NCBI GenBank assembly: GCA_041946735.1
Contig: JBHGAY010000005.1
Span: 118,048-182,047 of the forward strand
From: Candidatus Eiseniibacteriota bacterium
Lineage (GTDB): Bacteria; Eisenbacteria; RBG-16-71-46; CAIMUX01; VGJL01
Direction of reading: 5' to 3'
Length of the DNA: 64,000 nt
In this document: piece after piece, positions 56,558-64,000 of the stretch
Numbering within the stretch: position 1 is the first letter of the stretch
How the letters are laid out: the number at the start of each line of letters is the position of its first letter
Translations under genes and position numbers: made by a program
The notes under the pieces: generated by a model
What the model saw: the letters and a program-made list of their open reading frames with translations, nothing else
What the model was told of the DNA's origin: nothing
Database searches by the model: none

Positions 56558-57994
56558 CTAGCTCCCGGTCCGCTCGAGGCGCTCGAGCCGCTCGAGCCGG
56601 TCGAGCAGGACCGCCGCCATCAGTCGCATTCCGAGCGGAATCGCCCGTTCGTCCGGATCGAACGTCGCCGTGTGGGTCGGCGCCTCCCGGCCCGGGCCTC
56701 CCACTCCGAGACGGAACATGAACCCGGGCACTCGCGCCTGGTATTCGGAGAAGTCCTCGCCCCCCATTCCCGGCTCGTAGCGGACGACGTTCTCGGCGCC
56801 GAGCGTCCGCTCGAGGACCGGCAGCGTCTCCTCGACCAGCTTCGGATCGTTGTACATCGACGGTGTGCCGAGCACGTAGGTGATCTCCGGCTCGGGCGCG
56901 CCGCGCGCGGCGGCGATCCCTTTCGCCGTCCGGAGGACCGCCTCCTGCATCTGCGTCCGCACCTCCGGCTCGAGCGACCGAACCGTGCCGTTCAGCTCCG
57001 CGTAGTCGGGGATCACGTTGCTCTTCGTCCCCGCGTGGAACTGGCCGACCGTGAGGACCGCCGAGCGGGCGGCGTCGACCTCGCGACTCACGATCGACTG
57101 GAAGGCGAGGACCATCTCCGAGGCGATCACGATCGGATCGACCCCGCGGTGCGGGTACGCGCCATGGCTTCCGCGACCGAGCACCTTGATGTAGAAGTCG
57201 TCGACGTTGGCGGCCGACCGGCCCGGGCAGTACGCGATCTGTCCATAGGGGATCGTGGAGTGATCGTGCATCGCGAAGATCGCTTCAGGCTTGCGCTCGC
57301 CGTCGAAGAGCCCGGCCTCGAGGAGCATTGCGGCTCCCGCCCCGACCTCTTCCCCCGGCTCGATCACGAACAGGACCGATCCGCGCATCGATTCCCGCAA
57401 GTCCGAGAGAACCCGCGCCGTGCCGAGAAGCACGGCGGCGTGGAGGTCGTGACCGCAGGCATGCATGACCGGAAGGTCGCGGCCTCCCGTCGTGTCGATC
57501 GACGTGCAGGCGAAGGGCAGGCCGGTTAGCTCCGCAATCGGCAGCGCGTCGATGTCGGCCCGGTAGGCGAGGAGAGGTCCCGGGCGCGCGCCGGACAAGC
57601 GAGCGACGAGACCCGTTCCCCAGTCCCCCTCGATCATCTCGACTCCCGGGATCGCGGCCAGCTTCTCGCGCAGATAGGCCTGGGTCTTGTGCTCCCGGAG
57701 CGAGAGCTCGGCGTTGCGATGGAGCCACCGGCGGTCCGCGATCGTCTCCGCCTCGTGGCTCTGGACGAGCGCCCCGATCACCTCGCTGGTTGCAGCAGAC
57801 GCGCTTGCCGCGCCGGTCGCCGGGGACGCGCTCACCTCGCCGGTCGCCGCGGAAGCCGTCGCGCCACCCGCCTCCGGGGAGGCCGTGATCGCGTTCGCCT
57901 TCGTCCCAAGCGCGGGCGGGCTCGAGGCGGCGGCACCCGCTTGGGCAGAGATCGTGGAGATGAGAATCGCGAGCAGCAGCGGAAGAAGAGGCAT
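56558..57994 (-). CDS. Secreted M20 amidohydrolase
   Basis: Signal peptide; RRWLH..AELS, RADIDALP, MHACGHDLH, PGEE, GSHGA.PH, EDFS, THT..F. Confidence 0.9.
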   Translation of the reverse strand: MPLLPLLLAILISTISAQAGAAASSPPALGTKANAITASPEAGGATASAATGEVSASPATGAASASAATSEVIGALVQSHEAETIADRRWLHRNAELSLREHKTQAYLREKLAAIPGVEMIEGDWGTGLVARLSGARPGPLLAYRADIDALPIAELTGLPFACTSIDTTGGRDLPVMHACGHDLHAAVLLGTARVLSDLRESMRGSVLFVIEPGEEVGAGAAMLLEAGLFDGERKPEAIFAMHDHSTIPYGQIAYCPGRSAANVDDFYIKVLGRGSHGAYPHRGVDPIVIASEMVLAFQSIVSREVDAARSAVLTVGQFHAGTKSNVIPDYAELNGTVRSLEPEVRTQMQEAVLRTAKGIAAARGAPEPEITYVLGTPSMYNDPKLVEETLPVLERTLGAENVVRYEPGMGGEDFSEYQARVPGFMFRLGVGGPGREAPTHTATFDPDERAIPLGMRLMAAVLLDRLERLERLERTGS

Positions 57995-58203
57995 CGTTCC
58001 CCCTGGAAAACCGGCCGAGCCGTATCGGCCCGCGTGATCGTGCCACGCGGGAGGGACGATCGCAACGCCGGCGCTCGGGCGGCTTCGCGGCGCCGCGCGC
58101 CCGTCGCCGGTGAGCCCGGGCAGCCGCGCGCCGCTCGGCGGACCGCTTTCTCCCCGTCGCCTCCCGGTGCCGCCGCCCCTCCGGCTTCGCTACACTGAGG
58201 AAG

Positions 58204-60153
58204 ATGTCGAACCGGACTGGAAGGAATCGCGAAGCTGAGAGCGCGCGCCGCCGCAACACGGTCTTCCTTGTCGGCTGCGCGCTCCTGCTGGTCGCCCTCG
58301 TCGCGTCCGGCATGCTGGCCGCGAAGCGGCTGGGGGGCTCCCTGCCCGGATGCGGCCCGGAGAGTCCCTGCGAATCGCTCGACCGGACCGCTTGGGGAAG
58401 GGTGCCGGGCCTGGGCTGGCCGGTGGCCTTCCTCGGCGCCGCCTGGTTCGCGGCTCTCCTCGGCGGATGGCTCGTCTCGCTCGGCCGTGTGAGCCGGCTC
58501 CCGCGCCTGGCGGTCGCCTGTGGAGCCGTCCTGTCCTTGCTCTACATCGGGGTGATGCTCGCGCACCGGCAGATCTGTCCGTATTGCCTGACTGCGCACC
58601 TCGCGAACCTCTCCTTCGCCGCCCTCCTCGGCTTCTTCCAGCCGGGAGGAGCGAGCGAGGCGAGCGCCGCGGCGTCCGGGTCCGCCCGCCATTCTCCACG
58701 CCATCCAGAGAAGAGAGGAGAGATCATGCGTCGATCGTCCACCGCCCGGGTCGCAGCCGTCGCGACAGCCGCCTTCGTTCTCGTCAGCGCCGGACTGGGG
58801 ATCGCCGATTCCCGCGCGCAGAAGGGACGCGACGTGGTGGCAGAGAAGGAACGAAGCGCGTCGGCGAAGGCCGTGATGGAGCAGGCGGCGGCGGGCGGCC
58901 CCGGGTCCGTGGATCGTTGGGGAGCGGAGGGATTCACAGGACGCTTCCGGCGCGGCCCGGAGATGAGCCCGATCCGCGTCGTGATGCTGACCGATTACCA
59001 GTGCCCCGACTGCAAGAAGATGGAGGAGGAGATGGAGAGGATCCTCTCCTCCCGCAGGGACGTCTCCCTCTCGATCAAGCACTTCCCGATGTGCAAGGAG
59101 GCGGCTCCCGGAGTTCCCTGCAACAAGTACGCGCAAAGGACCATGCATCCCAACGCCTGCTGGGCGGCGCGCGCGGCGGAGGCTGCCGGGATCCTCGGCG
59201 GCCCGGACGGATTCTGGAAGATGCATCACTGGCTCTTCGCGAAGAGCGGAAGCTTCAACGACGCGGAGCTGAAGGCGGCCGTCGCCGAAATGGGGCTCGA
59301 GCCCGCCTCGTTCACGGCGGTGATGTCCAGCCCCGAGACCCTGCGTCGCGTCCAGGCCGACATCGAGGATGGCTTCGCGCTCGGCCTGCACTACACCCCG
59401 ATGATCTTCATCAACGGAATCGAGATGAAGGGCTTCAACCAGCCGGCTGCGCTCCGGCGGACGATCGAGGAGGTGGCGGCCAGCGGTCCGCCTGCCCGCT
59501 CCGCTGCGGCCGATCGACCGGCTCTGGCGTCCGAGAAGTACGTCGAGGATTGGCGGAGCCAGTCCGCGCGCCCGATGCCGCCCGACACGCGCTCGTGGTC
59601 CATGGGAGCCCCGCAGGGCAACCCGTCCTCGATCGTTTCCGTCGTCGTCTTCGGGGACTATCAGGAGCCGTACACGGCGGCGTTCGACCGCGACCTGCGG
59701 GAGACGATGCGGGGGATGAAGAACGTGCGTTACACGTTCCGCCACTTCCCGATCGACAAGGAATGCAACCCAACGCTCCCGCAGAATGTTCGCCCGGAGG
59801 CGATCCATCCCCAGGCATGCAGGATGGCGAAGGCCGCGGAGGCGGCCGGAAGGCTCGGAGGCAACGACGCCTACTGGAAGATGCACGAGTGGCTGTTTGC
59901 CAATCAGTCGGATTTCGGGGACGCGGCGCTACGCGACGCCGCTCGCAAAGCCGGGCTCGATCCGGACCGCCTCTTCGCGACGATGGACGATCCGGACGTC
60001 GCGCAGGCGATCGTGGAGGACGCGAAGGCCGCACAGAGGCTCGGACTCACCGGCGTCCCGATGGTCTTCGTCAACGACAAGTGGGTGCCGCGAACCAACC
60101 GCGAAGGGGAGAACGTGATCCAGGAGATCCTCGTCGCCGCGGGAGCGAAGTAG
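58204..60153 (+). CDS. VKOR-DsbA-DsbA fusion protein
   Basis: VKOR domain with loop CGPESPC and CPYC; DsbA1 with DYQCPDC...HFP...TP; DsbA2 with DYQEPYT...HFP...GVP. Confidence 0.88.
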   Translation: MSNRTGRNREAESARRRNTVFLVGCALLLVALVASGMLAAKRLGGSLPGCGPESPCESLDRTAWGRVPGLGWPVAFLGAAWFAALLGGWLVSLGRVSRLPRLAVACGAVLSLLYIGVMLAHRQICPYCLTAHLANLSFAALLGFFQPGGASEASAAASGSARHSPRHPEKRGEIMRRSSTARVAAVATAAFVLVSAGLGIADSRAQKGRDVVAEKERSASAKAVMEQAAAGGPGSVDRWGAEGFTGRFRRGPEMSPIRVVMLTDYQCPDCKKMEEEMERILSSRRDVSLSIKHFPMCKEAAPGVPCNKYAQRTMHPNACWAARAAEAAGILGGPDGFWKMHHWLFAKSGSFNDAELKAAVAEMGLEPASFTAVMSSPETLRRVQADIEDGFALGLHYTPMIFINGIEMKGFNQPAALRRTIEEVAASGPPARSAAADRPALASEKYVEDWRSQSARPMPPDTRSWSMGAPQGNPSSIVSVVVFGDYQEPYTAAFDRDLRETMRGMKNVRYTFRHFPIDKECNPTLPQNVRPEAIHPQACRMAKAAEAAGRLGGNDAYWKMHEWLFANQSDFGDAALRDAARKAGLDPDRLFATMDDPDVAQAIVEDAKAAQRLGLTGVPMVFVNDKWVPRTNREGENVIQEILVAAGAK

Positions 60154-60180
60154 AGTCCTGCGGCGGGCTCGAACGAAGGA

Positions 60181-60220
60181 AGAGGTCCCCGGCGTCTCCA
60201 GCGAGGCGCCGGGGACTTCT
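60181..60220. terminator. 18-bp stem-loop between convergent genes (bidirectional terminator-like)
   Basis: AGAGGTCCCCGGCGTCTC-cagc-GAGGCGCCGGGGACTTCT. Confidence 0.7.
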
Positions 60221-60267
60221 CATCAGAGGTACAGGGTCCGATCGAGGCGCCGAGGCGCGGGTTCCGC

Positions 60268-61359
60268 CTAGCGCGGGTAGTTCGGATCTCCGACCGTGCC
60301 AGGGACGTAGTCGCCGTGTGCGAGATGCCCCTGCAAGGCCTCGATCGGGATGCGCATCTCCTTGTACTGCCCGTCCGGATTGCGATGCGCGATTGTGACA
60401 TGCTGCGGCATGATGTCGCCGCCATGGTTCTGGCCACCGCCTCCCGGTGTGCCCAGCCACGTCCAACCGATGAGGGTCGCGTCGCCGGTGTTGACGTCGA
60501 TTCTGAGGACGGGGCAGTTGATCGGCTCCGTGCAGGGCGAGAAGCCGCGGATCGCCGAGGCGTAGAGCACGTCGTTCTCATCAAACGCGATGTTCATCAA
60601 TTCGATGTACTGCCAGTCGTCCTCGCATTCGTATCCCGGGATGTTGTCTTGCGGAACGCCGTGGACATCCGTGACGAACGTCGCGTGGCCGTCCGTCGTG
60701 TCGAGCAGGAAGAGCTTGTTGCGAGTCGTGGTCCAGAGCCGATCCTGCGAATCGAATGCGAGATCCATCCAGGATCCAGGGATGCAATCGCTCCATTCGC
60801 CGACCGAGGTGTCGCCGACCCACTCCATCGCTCCGGTGGCCTTGTTGACCCGCCACAAGTCGAATCCGCCCCACCACGCATAGTTGCACGGGTCTTCGGG
60901 AGGGGCGACCGTGAAGCCGGTCACGTAGAGGTTTCCGTGCGAGTCGATGTCCGGCCCAGCGAAGATGTAGGGATAGGGATGGTCCGGCGTGTCACCGATC
61001 GGAGTCACCGCCCCTGTCGTCATGTCGATGTTGGCGAAGACGGAAGCGTTCTCGTTGTTGTAGAAGGACGGAAACGCGTAGATCGTCCCATCGAGATCGA
61101 AGGTGTATCCGAAATACCCTCCGTACGCAGGATCGATGAGCGTCACAAGCGTTCCGCGGCCGGTGCGTGCATCGATCTTCTGGATCCAACTTCCGTCCAC
61201 CTGCCATCCGACTGTGTACCACTGTGGGTACGCGTCTCCTCCGAGCGCGGTCGCGGCGACCTCCGGCGACGCTTCCGTCGGCCCGGATTCGTCCTCACCG
61301 CATCCAGCCAGCAATCCAGCGAAGAGAAGCACGGTCAAAGTGAGAAGTAGGACCTTCAT
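60268..61359 (-). CDS. Lipoprotein with predicted beta-propeller and C-terminal 'HLAHGD' module
   Basis: Lipobox LAGC; repeated (ID/VN)..TG....G and DLAFDS..LW blades; ATG after GGAGG. Confidence 0.75.
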   Translation of the reverse strand: MKVLLLTLTVLLFAGLLAGCGEDESGPTEASPEVAATALGGDAYPQWYTVGWQVDGSWIQKIDARTGRGTLVTLIDPAYGGYFGYTFDLDGTIYAFPSFYNNENASVFANIDMTTGAVTPIGDTPDHPYPYIFAGPDIDSHGNLYVTGFTVAPPEDPCNYAWWGGFDLWRVNKATGAMEWVGDTSVGEWSDCIPGSWMDLAFDSQDRLWTTTRNKLFLLDTTDGHATFVTDVHGVPQDNIPGYECEDDWQYIELMNIAFDENDVLYASAIRGFSPCTEPINCPVLRIDVNTGDATLIGWTWLGTPGGGGQNHGGDIMPQHVTIAHRNPDGQYKEMRIPIEALQGHLAHGDYVPGTVGDPNYPR

Positions 61360-61746
61360 AACGGCCTCCCGAGTTGGACGTGTAGAGCGGGGGCTGGGAG
61401 CGGCCTTCTCCTGCCCGGCGACATGACTGCCAATCTCGATCCAGCGCGATCGCGCGAAGATTGTCGGAGCCCGTCGAACCAAGGATCGCGTCACGATTGG
61501 CGACAGGTATGCTAAACGTTCGGCTCGTCGGTGTCACGAGTTTCACGGCTGTCGCGACAAGAATCGGATCTTCGAGACTTGGCCCGACCTCGAGATGCAC
61601 AATTCTTCCACTGTCGGCAAGGAATGGCCGGCCGGGAGAGAAGAGATCAGCGAGTGCGTTCCGTGCGACAGTTTTCTGAACAATGGTCCTCGAGGAATGT
61701 GATGCTTCGAGAAGCGGCCGTCAACGATCCGCTCGGCGCGTCGTGT

Positions 61747-61785
61747 ACGAAACAGACACCCGCCCGGAAAGGAATCCCGGGCGGG
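61747..61785 (-). terminator. Intrinsic terminator after the CoA-transferase gene
   Basis: CCCGCCCGG / CCGGGCGGG stem followed on the minus strand by TGTCTGTTT. Confidence 0.6.
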
Positions 61786-61827
61786 CGGTGGGAAGACTCT
61801 TGAAGAATCGAAGATGTGGGGACGGGT

Positions 61828-63126
61828 CTAGGGCAGAAGCTTTCGCTCCTTCGCCGCCGCGATCAGCTCGTCGCGGAACTTCGGATGGGAGATCTTGATC
61901 AGCGCCTCGGCGCGCTCGCGTAGGTTCCGTCCGAAGATGTGGGCCGCTCCGAACTCCGTCACGACGTAATGAACGTCAGCGCGGGTAGTCACGACGCCGG
62001 CGCCCATCTTGAGATACGGCACGATGCGTGAGGTCGCCCCGTTCTGCGCGGTCGCGGAGAGGGCGATGATCGGCTTGCCGCCCTTCGATTGCGCGCAGCC
62101 TCGGATGAAGTCGACCTGCCCGCCGAATCCGGAATAGATCCGCGGACCGATAGAGTCGGAGCAGACCTGGCCCGTCAGGTCGACCTCGATGGCCGAGTTG
62201 ATTCCGACCATGTTGTCGTTCTGGCTGATCACGAACGGATCGTTCACGTACTCGGTCGGATGCGCCTCGAACAGCGGGTTGTTGTGAATGTATTCGTAGA
62301 GCCGGGTACTTCCGAACGCGAACGTGAGGACGAGCTTGCCCCGATGCAGCGACTTCTTCCGTCCGGTGATGATGCCCTTCTCGACCGCCTCCATGACGCC
62401 GTCCGACACCATCTCGGTGTGGATCCCGAGGTCCTTCTTCCCCTCGATCTCCTTCAGCACGGCGTCCGGGATTCCGCCGATACCGAGCTGGAGGGTCGCC
62501 CCGTCAGGAATCAGCGGAGCGATGTGGCGGGCGATCTGCCGCTCGACGTCGCTGATCTCGCGCCGCGGCAGCTCCGGCAGAGGGGCGGCGATCTCCACGA
62601 TGTGGGTCATCTGAGAGACATGGATGAACGAATCGCCGAGGACGCGCGGCATGTTCTCGTTCACCTGGGCGATTACGATCTTCGCGACGTCGCACGCTCC
62701 CTTCGTGGCCAGCGTTTCGACACCGAAGGAGCAGAAGCCGTGCTCGTCGGGCGGCGATACCTGGATGATCGCCACGTCGAGCGGAATGATCCCTTCGCGG
62801 AACAGCCTCGGAATCTGGTGGAGGAAGACCGGCACGTAGTCGGCGCGTCCCTCGTTGATCGCCGCCCGGTCGGCCGGCCCGACGAAGAGGCTGTTGTGAC
62901 GGAAATGGCCGTCGAACTCCGGCTTGCCGATCGGATCCTGCCCGATGAGCAGCACGTGGTTCATCTGCACGTCCGTCAGCTCGTCGCGCCGGCTCGTCAG
63001 CGCCTGGATGAGCGGGAACGGCGTCGCCGCGTTCCCGCTGTAGTAGACGCGATGCCCGCTCTTCACCGCCTGGACGGCCTTCTCGGGTGACGTCAGCTTC
63101 GCTTTGTACCCGTCGAACCAGGACAT
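61828..63126 (-). CDS. Acetyl-CoA hydrolase/transferase family (4-hydroxybutyrate CoA-transferase-like)
   Basis: SPPDEHG, TLQLGIGGIPDAV, LGIHTEM, INSAIEVDLTGQVCSDS, SGFGGQVDFIRG, VTEFG. Confidence 0.93.
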   Translation of the reverse strand: MSWFDGYKAKLTSPEKAVQAVKSGHRVYYSGNAATPFPLIQALTSRRDELTDVQMNHVLLIGQDPIGKPEFDGHFRHNSLFVGPADRAAINEGRADYVPVFLHQIPRLFREGIIPLDVAIIQVSPPDEHGFCSFGVETLATKGACDVAKIVIAQVNENMPRVLGDSFIHVSQMTHIVEIAAPLPELPRREISDVERQIARHIAPLIPDGATLQLGIGGIPDAVLKEIEGKKDLGIHTEMVSDGVMEAVEKGIITGRKKSLHRGKLVLTFAFGSTRLYEYIHNNPLFEAHPTEYVNDPFVISQNDNMVGINSAIEVDLTGQVCSDSIGPRIYSGFGGQVDFIRGCAQSKGGKPIIALSATAQNGATSRIVPYLKMGAGVVTTRADVHYVVTEFGAAHIFGRNLRERAEALIKISHPKFRDELIAAAKERKLLP

Positions 63127-63127
63127 T

Positions 63128-64000
63128 TCAGAACCTCCCCTCCCCACCCACGAGCGATCCGATCGGCCGGTATTCCAGCCCGAACTGAGAGGCGACCGCC
63201 TCGTGCGTGACGGTCCCGCGGTACATGTAGGTCCCGCGCGCGAGCGACGGATTGGCGCGCAGCGCTTCGTCGAGCCCGAGGCGCGCGATCGCCTCGAGGA
63301 ACGGGGCGTGGGCGTTCGTCAGCGCCTTCGATGCGGTGCGTGGGATGTCGGCAGTCATGTTCGGGACGCAGTAGTGCACCACGTCCGCGAATACGAAGGT
63401 CGGATCGTCGATCGTCGTCGGCCGGCTGGTCTCGACGCATCCGCCCTGATCGATCGAAAGGTCGATGATGACGCTTCCGGCCCGCATTGTCGCGACCATG
63501 TCCCGAGTCACCAGGTAGGGCGCGTGCCCGGTGGAAGGAACGAGGACCGCCCCGATCAGGACGTCCGCGATCTGGACGTAATGGGCGATGGTGTTGCGAT
63601 CGGCGACGCCTGTGACGACGCGCCCGCCGTACTCCTGATGCAGCGCGCGCAGTTTCTCGAGATCCTGGTCGAGGACGATCACCTGCGCGCCGCTGCCGAC
63701 CGCCGACTCCGCGGCCGTCTGGCCGACGGTGCCGGCGCCAAGGATCACGATCGTCGCCGGAGCAATCCCGGGGCTCGCCCCGAGCAGAATTCCCCGACCC
63801 CCGCTCTCGCGCTGCAGCAGATGGGCTGCCGTATGGATCGTCATCTGTCCCGCCAGCTCGCTCATCGAACGCAGGACGGGACGGTCCCCGTCGTCCGCTT
63901 CGATCGCCTCGAAGCCGATCGCGCTCAACCGCCGCGTGTTCATCTCGGCGACGACCGGCTTCGGCGCGACGGCGAGATGCCAGAACGCGAGGAGGGTTTG
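63128..64000 (-). CDS. ald: Alanine dehydrogenase (5' end beyond the window)
   Basis: MSELAG, GRGILLG, ILGAGTVG, DVLIGAVLV, IDLSIDQGGCVETSRPTT, HYCVPNM. Confidence 0.88.
   Translation of the reverse strand, partial: QTLLAFWHLAVAPKPVVAEMNTRRLSAIGFEAIEADDGDRPVLRSMSELAGQMTIHTAAHLLQRESGGRGILLGASPGIAPATIVILGAGTVGQTAAESAVGSGAQVIVLDQDLEKLRALHQEYGGRVVTGVADRNTIAHYVQIADVLIGAVLVPSTGHAPYLVTRDMVATMRAGSVIIDLSIDQGGCVETSRPTTIDDPTFVFADVVHYCVPNMTADIPRTASKALTNAHAPFLEAIARLGLDEALRANPSLARGTYMYRGTVTHEAVASQFGLEYRPIGSLVGGEGRF

Noticed and set aside
61497..61515. Sigma-54-like TTGGCGACAGGTATGCT on the + strand
   Set aside because: It points away from the adjacent gene start with no + strand gene downstream; probably chance.

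Overview
A very GC-rich, gene-dense bacterial window with about 48 coding regions. I found no rRNA, tRNA, CRISPR array or transposase. Two large secreted proteins end in FlgD-Ig/'PNPF...GRLVR...W.G...G.YF' tails, which suggests an FCB-related candidate-phylum organism (inference only). Main content: (i) an RraA/HMG-aldolase-like gene, a DNRLRE+DUF5060-like protein and an SDR; (ii) a peptidoglycan-salvage pair, namZ plus a MurU-AmgK fusion; (iii) a secreted beta-propeller gene interrupted by one in-frame TGA inside a C-V-G-U (CxxU) motif and followed by an 11-bp SECIS-like hairpin, the best candidate here for a previously undescribed exported selenoprotein; (iv) a ~15 kb glycan-modification cluster (GT-C, two methyltransferases, AsnB, epimerase, carbamoyltransferase, GlpD-like oxidoreductase, GT4, LPG-synthase-like TM protein, and two GT2s, one degenerate); (v) a hybrid histidine kinase, Tat amidase, TSUP and Tat hemerythrin; (vi) an unknown gene + PrimPol + LigC DNA-repair cluster with no Ku in the window; (vii) a dihaem cytochrome-TPR protein, HisN-like phosphatase and ClC-CBS; (viii) a nikL-M-Q-O-nikR operon with a palindromic operator; (ix) a MurJ/methyltransferase/GT4 cluster, M20 amidohydrolase, VKOR-DsbA-DsbA fusion, CoA-transferase and alanine dehydrogenase. 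Several apparent deletion scars (ECF sigma/TPR chimera, mini-SDR, GT4/GT4 junction, an orphan C-terminal domain) and many short tandem duplications are also visible. All family assignments come from motif recognition by eye; no database search was run.
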